A stretch of DNA of 32,000 bases from Candidatus Saccharimonadota bacterium. GTDB lineage: Bacteria; Bacteroidota; Bacteroidia; Cytophagales; Amoebophilaceae. The notes below the pieces were generated by a model, which saw only the letters and a program-made list of their open reading frames with translations, had not been told where the DNA came from and searched no databases. Positions 16,612-25,181 of the stretch are shown in pieces (position 1 is the first letter of the stretch; every line of letters starts with the position of its first letter). The position numbers and the translations under genes are program-made. The DNA lies in the NCBI RefSeq assembly GCF_003351905.1, contig NZ_CP022339.1, forward strand, positions 870,001-902,000, written 5' to 3'.

Positions 16612-18168
16612 ATGTACGAACAATTTGGTAAACAGAGTGTAGTTAAAAAGGTGTGTGGTGTGGTTGTTGTCGTTGCATGTGGCTTATCCTTATGGTTGGC
16701 CAGCCCTTATGCAGGAGAAAAAAGTTTAGTTCCTGTTACCTGTGTGCAGCCGGTTGCTGCCGTAGAACAGCATAAACCATTCGAACAAAGCCTGCCAGCG
16801 CCAGAAGTTAAGCCTTTGGTCACATCCCTGCCCGATTTCACTTATCCAGCTAAAGTGGCTACGCAAGCGGTAGTGCATATAAAGGCATCTCAAAATCCTA
16901 AGATGCTGAAACGAGAATCTTCCCATCCTTTAGAGCAGTTTTTTAAAGAATTTTTTGGACAAGGATTTTTGGTGCCTAAAGAGTATGAGCGGCCAGCCCA
17001 AGAAGCGTCTGGCTCTGGGGTGATCTACACCAGTAATGGCTATATTATTACCAATAACCATGTGGTTGAAGGAGCGGATCAAATAGAAGTTACCTTAAAT
17101 GATAATCGCTCTTATAAAGCAAAATTGGTTGGTGCTGATCCTCTTACTGACTTGGCGCTGTTAAAAATTGATGCAACTAGTCTGCCTGTTTTGGTGCTCG
17201 GCAGTTCGGATAAGTTAGAGGTAGGAGAGTGGGTTTTAGCGGTTGGTAATCCTTTTAACTTGAATTCTACGGTTACCAAGGGTATTGTAAGTGCTAAATC
17301 TAGATCTTTAAGCACCGCTAGTAGTGGGAAATTAGGTATTCAATCTTTTATTCAAACTGATGCAGCCATCAATCCAGGTAATAGTGGTGGTGCGTTGGTT
17401 AATTTGCGTGGGGAGTTGGTAGGTATTAATACAGCTATTTATGCCTCACAATCGCCACAATCGCCTTCATTTATAGGATATGGTTTTGCTATACCCTCTT
17501 CTTTGGTAAAAAAGGTAGCGAATGATTTCATTCAGTATGGTGCGGTGCAGCGGGTATTATTGGGTGTAATCATTCGAGAGGTCAATGCTGAATTGGCTAA
17601 AAAGTTGGCTTTAAAAGTAGTCAGCGGCGTCTATATTGATGAGGTGCAAGCGCATAGTCCTTGTGCAAAGTTATTGCAAAAAGAAGATGTGATTACGCAG
17701 ATCAATGGTCGTCCAATTAATAAAGGCTCAGAGTTACAGGAAATAATAGCTTGTGCTAAACCGGGTGATAAGGTTGTCCTAACATTATACCGTAAAGGTA
17801 AATTAAAAACGGTAGAGGTAGTATTGAAAAAACAGCCTGATGCAGTACAAGTCGTACAAAAAGGAGATACATTGGAAGTAGAAGGGGCGACATTCCAAGA
17901 TCTAGATAAGCAAATAAAAGCCAAGTTGAAGCTTACGGGTGGTGTTTTGGTGCAGGAGGTTGCCAAAGGAAAGTTTCAAGCTGCTGGCCTTAAAAAAGGT
18001 TATATTTTACTTGCTTTTGATAAACAACCTGTTGCAAGTATATCGGACTTAGCTGAAATGGTTCGTCGTGTCACAGAACCTGTTCTGATACAAGTCATAG
18101 AACCTAATAAAGGTACCATTAGTTATTTGGCAGTTGAGTTGGGTGCGGCGCCCCATGCGTCGAAATAA
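16612..18168 (+). CDS. htrA: Periplasmic serine endoprotease of the DegP/DegQ/HtrA family with two PDZ domains
   Basis: Catalytic triad context ITNNHVV, DLALLKI and GNSGGALVN. N-terminal TM/signal and two C-terminal PDZ-like regions. Confidence 0.93.
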   Translation: MYEQFGKQSVVKKVCGVVVVVACGLSLWLASPYAGEKSLVPVTCVQPVAAVEQHKPFEQSLPAPEVKPLVTSLPDFTYPAKVATQAVVHIKASQNPKMLKRESSHPLEQFFKEFFGQGFLVPKEYERPAQEASGSGVIYTSNGYIITNNHVVEGADQIEVTLNDNRSYKAKLVGADPLTDLALLKIDATSLPVLVLGSSDKLEVGEWVLAVGNPFNLNSTVTKGIVSAKSRSLSTASSGKLGIQSFIQTDAAINPGNSGGALVNLRGELVGINTAIYASQSPQSPSFIGYGFAIPSSLVKKVANDFIQYGAVQRVLLGVIIREVNAELAKKLALKVVSGVYIDEVQAHSPCAKLLQKEDVITQINGRPINKGSELQEIIACAKPGDKVVLTLYRKGKLKTVEVVLKKQPDAVQVVQKGDTLEVEGATFQDLDKQIKAKLKLTGGVLVQEVAKGKFQAAGLKKGYILLAFDKQPVASISDLAEMVRRVTEPVLIQVIEPNKGTISYLAVELGAAPHASK

Positions 18169-18217
18169 GACTTGCTACATCTTATGCATCATTGATAGAT
18201 AATGATTCCTGGATACA

Positions 18218-18796
18218 ATGGTCAAAAAGAACAGTTTTTTTAAGTTTAGGTATAGCTATAGTAGCCTTATGGTCCTATGGTATGGGCTGTCAATAGGGTG
18301 TTTTGTACCAGCATATGCAGCGTTGGAAAAATCGGTTGCTATATTAGAAACTACTCAATTTCAGCTATTAGGTACAGAGCATGGCAGGTTAGCGTTAACC
18401 ATTAAGGCAGATGAGATGTGCCAATATGAAAATGGCAATATAACCTTATCAGGCGGTATAGAAATTGTATTATTCAATCATAAAATGGATGGAGAGGAGG
18501 GGCCTATACATATTCAAGCGGGTACGCTTTCTTATAACAAAGAAAAGGAGTTATGTATGGTAGAAGGCCATGTGTTGGTGAGCAAGCCACAGCAACAATT
18601 TAGCATCACTACCGCACAGCTCTGGTATGATATGAAGGAAGAGATCCTGTTTACAGAATTACCCATTGTAATAGCAGATAAAGAAAATGTGTTAAAAGGT
18701 AGTGGATTACGTGCTACAAGGGATTTAACCAAATATACGATTACTGCTCCTAATGGAACAGTAGATATAAAGCAAGAAGTGGTTCTAGGGGGTTAA
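18218..18796 (+). CDS. Probable LptC/OstA-like periplasmic LPS-export protein
   Basis: Single N-terminal TM and 192 aa, with beta-rich sequence of the LptC pattern (GNITLSGGIEIV, AQLWYDMKEEILF). This is a weak assignment based on size, topology and pattern only. Confidence 0.45.
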   Translation: MVKKNSFFKFRYSYSSLMVLWYGLSIGCFVPAYAALEKSVAILETTQFQLLGTEHGRLALTIKADEMCQYENGNITLSGGIEIVLFNHKMDGEEGPIHIQAGTLSYNKEKELCMVEGHVLVSKPQQQFSITTAQLWYDMKEEILFTELPIVIADKENVLKGSGLRATRDLTKYTITAPNGTVDIKQEVVLGG

Positions 18797-18811
18797 TCCA
18801 TTATAATATTT

Positions 18812-19939
18812 ATGCGTGTTTTGATAGGTTGTGGTGGTACTGGGGGGCATATTTATCCTGCTATAGCTATTGCTGATGGCATTAAACAACAATTTCCTGA
18901 TGCGGTCTTTTTGTTTGTAGGTACACAAGGGGGTAAAGAAATTGGGTTAGTAGTGGCTGCTGGTTATCCCATTATGCGGGTCAGTATCAAAGGGTTTCAA
19001 AGGCGTAAGGTCATTAAAAATATATTGTTGCCCTTTTTACTTTTAAAGAGTCTATACCAAGCAATGTCTATTATTAAATCGTTTAAGCCTGATATAGTGA
19101 TTGGTACAGGGGGATATGCCTCTTTCCCCACACTGTTTGTAGCTGCTCTTCAAAAGCTTCCCACCCTTATTCAAGAACAAAATAGCATTGCTGGGCTAAC
19201 CAATAGGTTGCTTTCTAGGCTGGTAGATAAGATTTGTACAGGCTATTCAGATGTTTTTTTCCCTTGTGAAAAGGAAAAAATAGTGTTTACAGGAAATCCT
19301 GTACGTTCATCACTCTGTACCTTTCAAGAGGACCGGATGGATGCACTTGAATATTTTAGTTTTTCTGCTTTTCAGAATAAAAAATGTCTGCTTGTAATGG
19401 GTGGGAGTGGTGGTGCCCATCTATTAAATACTACCATTCTAGAGTGGAGAGAACAATTGAGTTCCTTAGATCTACAAGTAATATGGGTCACTGGAGAGCG
19501 GTATTTTGCGGCCATGCAAAAAGCCATGAAAGATTATCGATATATAAAATGTTATGCATTTATAAGTAATATGGAAATGGCGTATGCAGCAGCGGATATT
19601 GTGATCTCTAGAGCCGGCGCCTTATCTATCGCAGAGCTCTGTGTCAGAAGAAAACCGACTATTTTGGTGCCTTCATCTAATGTAGTAGGAGACCACCAAA
19701 CGAAGAATAGCCTACCATTGGCCTATCAAGGCGCCATGATACATATTACAGATCAGTCATCTCCCTTTTTACTCATCCCTAAGGTAATAGAGTTATTGAA
19801 TGATGAGACGCAACAGTTAGAGCTCATCAAGCGCATGGAACCTTTTACAGTATTACATGCCAATGCACAAAATAAAATAGTTGAAGTAGTCGTTGATTTG
19901 GTTAAGCAGCGTGCTAATGGTGGTGCATCCGGGACTTAA
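18812..19939 (+). CDS. murG: Undecaprenyldiphospho-muramoylpentapeptide beta-N-acetylglucosaminyltransferase
   Basis: MRVLIGCGGTGGHIYPAIAIA, GTGGYASFP, MGGSGGA, ISRAGALSIAEL. Confidence 0.93.
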   Translation: MRVLIGCGGTGGHIYPAIAIADGIKQQFPDAVFLFVGTQGGKEIGLVVAAGYPIMRVSIKGFQRRKVIKNILLPFLLLKSLYQAMSIIKSFKPDIVIGTGGYASFPTLFVAALQKLPTLIQEQNSIAGLTNRLLSRLVDKICTGYSDVFFPCEKEKIVFTGNPVRSSLCTFQEDRMDALEYFSFSAFQNKKCLLVMGGSGGAHLLNTTILEWREQLSSLDLQVIWVTGERYFAAMQKAMKDYRYIKCYAFISNMEMAYAAADIVISRAGALSIAELCVRRKPTILVPSSNVVGDHQTKNSLPLAYQGAMIHITDQSSPFLLIPKVIELLNDETQQLELIKRMEPFTVLHANAQNKIVEVVVDLVKQRANGGASGT

Positions 19940-19986
19940 AGAGGTTCTTCCCATTTGAGTGTGTAAATTATTTAAGGAAAGTGTAG

Positions 19987-20029
19987 AAAAAAAGCCGAAG
20001 GTTTATAGGCGTAAACCTTCGGCTTTTTC
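19987..20029. terminator. Bidirectional rho-independent terminator between murG and the convergent ankyrin gene
   Basis: AAAAAAA-GCCGAAGGTTTA (19994-20005), a 6-nt loop, TAAACCTTCGGC (20012-20023), then TTTTT. Confidence 0.8.
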
Positions 20030-20119
20030 TTCAGTTTAAGAAGCCCTTTTTTCTACTGCTTAAGCAGATTGATGTTGGGGTTGATGTATGGAAAGTATAA
20101 TAGATTTATGCTGCCCGTG

Positions 20120-21220
20120 CTACTTCCTTGCCTCTGTTACTATTTGGATCAATTTATCAGCATATTGTTTACCTATGTCACCTTTGAACCAGCCCACCCA
20201 GCTTGTACGCTCGTGACTCTTAATATCCTGTAAAATAAGATTCCAATCTTCTGGTTTTAGATCATTCTTTACAGCCTCTATGACATACTTGAATATTTTA
20301 ATATTCTTATTAAACCATATAGGTTGTGTACCTTTGTTCTGGATGAATTCGGATAAATAGATCGAAGCCCATACAGTTTTCCCGTCTTTTGTTGTTGAAG
20401 AAAGTTGCTTGATCACTTCATCTACCCCTAATAGCTTAATCAATTTAGGCAGTAATTTTTTAAATAGCTCTAGATCATTTACACAAGCAAGGGTATGGAG
20501 GAACGTCTGACCATTGTTATTTTTATTAAATAATTCTTTCGGGTCAAGTTTATAAATCAATTCTTTTGCTATTTCTGTCCATTTATTTGCAACAATGAAA
20601 TGCAATATATTCTTACCTGACTTTGGATCTGTGCACGTGAGATTTGTTTCAGGCTGCTCGATTAAGCTACTAGTTATGTATTTATTCGATGCACCTGGCT
20701 TGTGACATGCGATCAAAATCGGATTTATACCATCCTTGCCGGCTCTATTGAGATCAACGTATGGCTTATATTCTATAAAAATGTCATATATTTTTCTATA
20801 GCCTTCTTTTATAGCTTTCGTAAAAGGCGTGTCCCCAGATTTTGGGTCAGGCGCATTTATAAAGTCTTTATTTCTGTGCACAAATCCTAATTTTATATCT
20901 TCAACAAGGCGGTCTAAAACTATTTTTAGTTTTTCTTCTTCATTGTGGCTTGCCGCAGCGTATAAGGGGGTGCGACCCTTTTCATCTGGTAAACTAATAT
21001 CTTTTTTGTTGCCTATGTCTTCACGATATTGATCAATACTCATCTTAGTTGCCATACATCCTGCTGTTCCACTTGTACTCCATGTCGGACACTTTTCAGC
21101 CTGCAACACAACCAACAGCAATAATACCTTTGTCCCTTTAGCCAATAAACCAGACTGTTTATGCATTCCCTTTATGCCTTTCATGTTTTTATTTTTTTTA
21201 ATTAAATTCCAACAAATCAT
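20120..21220 (-). CDS. Ankyrin-repeat protein with an N-terminal hydrophobic (signal-like) segment
   Basis: Five or more ANK-like units (GRTPLYAAASHNEEEKLKIVL, GDTPFTKAIKEGYRKIYDIFI, GINPILIACHK, GKNILHFIVANKWTEIAKELI, GQTFLHTLACVNDLELFKKLL). The likely true start is M13 (21184) or M19 (21166). Confidence 0.85.
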   Translation of the reverse strand: MICWNLIKKNKNMKGIKGMHKQSGLLAKGTKVLLLLVVLQAEKCPTWSTSGTAGCMATKMSIDQYREDIGNKKDISLPDEKGRTPLYAAASHNEEEKLKIVLDRLVEDIKLGFVHRNKDFINAPDPKSGDTPFTKAIKEGYRKIYDIFIEYKPYVDLNRAGKDGINPILIACHKPGASNKYITSSLIEQPETNLTCTDPKSGKNILHFIVANKWTEIAKELIYKLDPKELFNKNNNGQTFLHTLACVNDLELFKKLLPKLIKLLGVDEVIKQLSSTTKDGKTVWASIYLSEFIQNKGTQPIWFNKNIKIFKYVIEAVKNDLKPEDWNLILQDIKSHERTSWVGWFKGDIGKQYADKLIQIVTEARK

Positions 21221-21399
21221 GCGCTTCTATTCACACGCAGAGCTTCGCTTTTCTTGTAAAATACGTAATCCATGTTAAAAAACCTAAGTTATAGCTATAG
21301 ATGTTGCCATGCTAAGGTAGCCGATGGTGGTTAATTGGGTTGTAGGTTGCTTTTATTTCGGCCAAATGCGTTACTTTAAGGCTTTAACTAGTATCTTAT

Positions 21400-23997
21400 A
21401 TGACCATGTCCAAACCCGTTGAGCCAACACCGTTAATGCGGCAGTATTTCGCTATTAAAGAAAAATATCCTGGGGCCTTGCTGCTTTTCCGCGTGGGTGA
21501 TTTTTATGAAACCTTTTTGGAAGATGCGGTTACAGCAAGTAAAGTGCTGGATATTGCGCTTACCAAACGGGCCAATGGATCGGCGGCTAGTGTGGAATTG
21601 GCTGGGTTTCCCCACCATTCTTTAGATCTATATCTGCCTAAATTGGTCAAAGCGGGCTACCGCGTAGCGATTTGTGATCAATTGGAAGATCCTAAACAGG
21701 CCAAGGGTATTGTACAAAGAGGGGTTACAGAACTGGTTACGCCTGGTCTTTCTTTTAATGAAGCGGTGTTGGATCAAAGCGCGAATAACTACCTAGCCTC
21801 TATTGTTTTTGATAAAAAACTGCTGGGTATGGCTTGCTTAGACCTTTCTACAGGGGAATTTTTTGTGACGCAAGGTGCTGCTGATTATATCCAAAAAATG
21901 TTGCATCATTTGGCGCCATCGGAAATTGTTTTGAACAAAAAACAGCAAGCCTTATGGGATGCGTTTGCGCAAGATGCTTTTCCTATCTATCCACTCGATG
22001 AGTGGGTATTTCAGTTTGACTATGCCTATGGTCTGCTGAATAACCATTTTGGCACCCACTCCTTAAAAGGATTTGGTATTGCAGATTGCCCTATGGGTAT
22101 TACAGCAGCTGGTGTAGTTTTACATTACTTATCAGAAACAGAACATAAAAAAATCAAACATATTCGTTCTATTGCCCGCCTAGAGGCGCATCACTATGCT
22201 TGGCTTGACCCATTTACTGTTAAAGCCTTGGAGTTGATGGTTCCACAACAGGCAGGCGGAACGGCATTGATCGATCTATTAGATAGAACAGTGACCCCTA
22301 TGGGAGCACGGCTGCTTAAAAAATGGCTGCTGTTTCCGCTTAAAGCGGTGCAACCTATTCAAGAACGGTTGGCTATAGTGGAATACCTGGTAGCAGATGG
22401 TACATTGACTGCATTATTGGTCAGCTATTTGAAGCAAATAGGTGATCTAGAACGACTGATCTCTAAAGTAGCGGCCAACAGGGTCCAGCCACGGGAGATG
22501 GTAGCGCTAAAAAGGGCATTGGAGCAGGTGCAAGCCATACAAACGGCTTTGCAAGGGGTTAGATGCCTAGAAAAACTACATGCACAACTCCATGGATGCC
22601 ACGCTTTGGTGCATAGCATCCATCGTACCCTTCAGGAGGATCCGCCGCTATCCATCCATCAAGGCGGGCTGATTCGACCGCAGGTCCATGAGCGGTTGGA
22701 TGCGTTGAATAAAATCATGTACGAGGGTAAAGATTATTTGATTCAACTGCAACAAACGGAAAGCAAGCGTACCCATATTCCTTCTTTAAAGGTCTCTTAT
22801 AACCGTGTATTTGGCTATTACCTTGAAGTACCTAATGCCCATAAACATAAAGTACCCACCGATTGGATACGCAAACAGACCCTAGCGGGTGCAGAACGGT
22901 ATGTTACCGAGGCGTTAAAACAGTATGAAGAACAGATCCTACACGCAGGTGAAGAAGCACAGCTGCTAGAACAACAACTCTATCAAGCGTTGGTAGAGGA
23001 AGCGGCAGCATTTATTCCACCTATTCAAGACAATGCTAAACAGGTTGCACAATTGGATTGCTATCTTTCTTTTGCCAAACAAGCCGTTGAGCACCATTAT
23101 AGCAAGCCTGTGATGGATGATGGCCACCTGTTGCATCTGACAGGAAGCCGCCATCCAGTTATTGAGCAGCGCTTACCCATAGATAAAGCCTATACCCCTA
23201 ATGATATCTCTTTAGACCCATCTGAACAACAAATCTTAGTCATTACAGGGCCTAATATGGCGGGTAAGTCCGCCCTATTGCGTCAGGTGGCACTAACCGT
23301 ATTAATGGCGCAAATGGGTTCATTTGTACCGGCGGATTCGGCCCGAATTGGTGTGGTGGATAAAATCTTTACAAGGGTAGGGGCATCCGATAACTTGGCC
23401 CAAGGGGAGTCCACTTTTATGATGGAGATGACCGAAACAGCCAGTATTATGCATAACCTTAGTGACCGTAGTTTGGTATTGATGGATGAGATAGGACGTG
23501 GTACCAGTACCTATGATGGCATTTCTATTGCTTGGGCACTGGTGGAATATTTACACAATAACGCGGATTATAAGCCTAAAACGCTTTTTGCTACCCATTA
23601 CCATGAGTTGAATGAGTTGGCCAAAACGCTCCCTAGAGTTAAAAACTTTCATGTAGCGGTGCAAGAGATAGATCGTAAGATTTTATTCCTACATAAACTG
23701 GTGGCTGGAGGTAGCCAGCATAGCTTTGGCATTCATGTAGCCCAAATGGCTGGTATGCCTGCTACGATTTTGGAAAGGGCTCGAGAGGTGTTGGCGCACC
23801 TATCCCAAGTAGGCAGGTATGTCCAGGTAGATAAATTGCCTCAGGTACAATATCAACTGAAACTTTTTGAGCCAGATAACGGCCTCAGTGCGCTTAAAGC
23901 CTACTTAGAAAGCATTGACATCAATACCCTTTCTCCGGTAGAAGCCTTAGTAAAACTCAATGACCTCAAAAATAGAGTTGAAAGATTTAAAAATTAG
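21400..23997 (+). CDS. mutS: DNA mismatch repair protein MutS (canonical MutS1)
   Basis: TPLMRQYFAIKEKYPGALLLFRVGDFYETF, GPNMAGKSALLRQ, STFMMEMTE, LMDEIGRGTSTYDG, ATHYHEL. The start may be the ATG at 21406. Confidence 0.97.
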   Translation: MTMSKPVEPTPLMRQYFAIKEKYPGALLLFRVGDFYETFLEDAVTASKVLDIALTKRANGSAASVELAGFPHHSLDLYLPKLVKAGYRVAICDQLEDPKQAKGIVQRGVTELVTPGLSFNEAVLDQSANNYLASIVFDKKLLGMACLDLSTGEFFVTQGAADYIQKMLHHLAPSEIVLNKKQQALWDAFAQDAFPIYPLDEWVFQFDYAYGLLNNHFGTHSLKGFGIADCPMGITAAGVVLHYLSETEHKKIKHIRSIARLEAHHYAWLDPFTVKALELMVPQQAGGTALIDLLDRTVTPMGARLLKKWLLFPLKAVQPIQERLAIVEYLVADGTLTALLVSYLKQIGDLERLISKVAANRVQPREMVALKRALEQVQAIQTALQGVRCLEKLHAQLHGCHALVHSIHRTLQEDPPLSIHQGGLIRPQVHERLDALNKIMYEGKDYLIQLQQTESKRTHIPSLKVSYNRVFGYYLEVPNAHKHKVPTDWIRKQTLAGAERYVTEALKQYEEQILHAGEEAQLLEQQLYQALVEEAAAFIPPIQDNAKQVAQLDCYLSFAKQAVEHHYSKPVMDDGHLLHLTGSRHPVIEQRLPIDKAYTPNDISLDPSEQQILVITGPNMAGKSALLRQVALTVLMAQMGSFVPADSARIGVVDKIFTRVGASDNLAQGESTFMMEMTETASIMHNLSDRSLVLMDEIGRGTSTYDGISIAWALVEYLHNNADYKPKTLFATHYHELNELAKTLPRVKNFHVAVQEIDRKILFLHKLVAGGSQHSFGIHVAQMAGMPATILERAREVLAHLSQVGRYVQVDKLPQVQYQLKLFEPDNGLSALKAYLESIDINTLSPVEALVKLNDLKNRVERFKN

Positions 23998-24068
23998 TTA
24001 TAAAAGTGGATAACGATTTTGAAAAAATAGAATCTTTAAGTAAATTCGGTCTATTGTGTAGCGTATAA

Positions 24069-24141
<73 letters not shown>

Positions 24142-24153
24142 CGTCTGATCTGT

Positions 24154-24413
24154 GTATGTGTTTAGAGCCACTGGTTTTCTGCGTCCAAAGAACAACGCCC
24201 CTGTAAAAAGTCGTGGTGTAGAAAGTGGCATTTTACAGATGATTAGGAAAAATAGTTTCCTTTCAAGCCCCTATAGGGGGGCGGTTTCTGTTTTTCCATC
24301 TGTAAGATGACACTTTCAGCGACTTTTTACCGAGGGCTTGATTTTTTGTCCACTTTTTTATCAAGAAAAAAGTGGGATAAAGTTCATCATTAACGAGTAA
24401 TGTGAACAGATAC
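24154..24413 (+). repeat. MITE-like palindromic element, copy C (complete), inserted between tRNA-Gly and tRNA-Leu
   Basis: GTATGTGTTTA...TGAACAGATAC termini, central GCCCCtataGGGGG hairpin and a 10-bp CCACTTTTTT/AAAAAAGTGG hairpin (24350-24375). Confidence 0.85.
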
Positions 24414-24433
24414 TCCCACGGGTATTCGGCTTT

Positions 24434-24516
24434 GCCAGGATGGTGGAATTGGTATACACGCAAGACTTAAAATCTTGTGGCCTTTGGCCATGCGGGTTCG
24501 ACCCCCGCTCCTGGTA
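24434..24516 (+). tRNA. tRNA-Leu (anticodon TAA), type II with a long variable arm
   Basis: Acceptor GCCAGGA/TCCTGGT (G1:U72 wobble), anticodon stem CAAGA/TCTTG with loop CTTAAAA, variable arm GGCC-ttt-GGCC, T arm GCGGG-TTCGACC-CCCGC. Confidence 0.9.
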
Positions 24517-24546
24517 CGCATTAAAGCATTGTTTCTGGTTGTATCG

Positions 24547-24876
24547 ATGGGTTCTATTTCCTTTTTAGATGTAGTGGCATGTATTGGTTCATCTACAGCT
24601 GTGCTCTCCCTACTTCCGCAGATTATACAGTCCTATAGAACAAAATCTGTTCATGACGTTTCCATGTTGATGCTCTTGAACCTGACGGTTTCTTCCATTA
24701 GCTGGACCCTTTATGGCGCAATGACCGCTGATAAGCCATTATGCTTAACCAATGTATTGCTTACCATTGGTTCTTTGATTATGGTAGCGCTCAAACGCAA
24801 ATACCGTGCAACGGAACGACCAAAACCCATACAGCCAGCTGACCACCGTAAAAAACGGAAAAAACGCCTATTGTAA
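24547..24876 (+). CDS. SemiSWEET / PQ-loop family small membrane transporter
   Basis: Three predicted TM helices and the PQ motif LLPQIIQSYRTKSVHDVS, plus a basic C-terminal tail. The start is set at the ATG at 24547 because the upstream part of the called ORF overlaps tRNA-Leu. Confidence 0.7.
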   Translation: MGSISFLDVVACIGSSTAVLSLLPQIIQSYRTKSVHDVSMLMLLNLTVSSISWTLYGAMTADKPLCLTNVLLTIGSLIMVALKRKYRATERPKPIQPADHRKKRKKRLL

Positions 24877-24941
24877 AACATTGCGATGCATACCTTATCC
24901 TTCGCATCCCTTCAGTTGTATGGCCAGGCTACTCTAAAGTA

Positions 24942-25172
24942 GTATCTGTTCAACTCACTGGGGGGGGGGGATTAAAAGCAAACCGCCCCTGTAAAAAGTC
25001 GTGGTGCAGCAAGTGGCATTTTACAGATGATTAGGAAAAACAGTTTCCTTTAAAGCCCACGTAGTGGGCGCTTTCTGTTGTTCCATCTGCCAGATGGCAC
25101 TTGCAACGACTTTTTACCGAGGGCTTGATTTTTTGCTTACTTTTTTATCAAGAAAAAAGTAAAAATAAAATT
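24942..25172 (+). repeat. MITE-like palindromic element, copy D (right terminus decayed; carries a G11 tract)
   Basis: GTATCTGTTCAACTCACTG followed by G x11 (24960-24970), then the conserved CCCCTGTAAAAAGTCG core. Compensated stems GCCCAC/GTGGGC (25055-25069) and TTACTTTTTT/AAAAAAGTAA (25137-25162). Confidence 0.75.
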
Positions 25173-25181
25173 GCCTTTTAT

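Noticed and set aside
24475-24546. N-terminal 24 codons of the 24475..24876 ORF.
   Set aside because: This segment overlaps the 3' half of tRNA-Leu (24434-24516). The ATG at 24547 gives a protein of normal SemiSWEET size.
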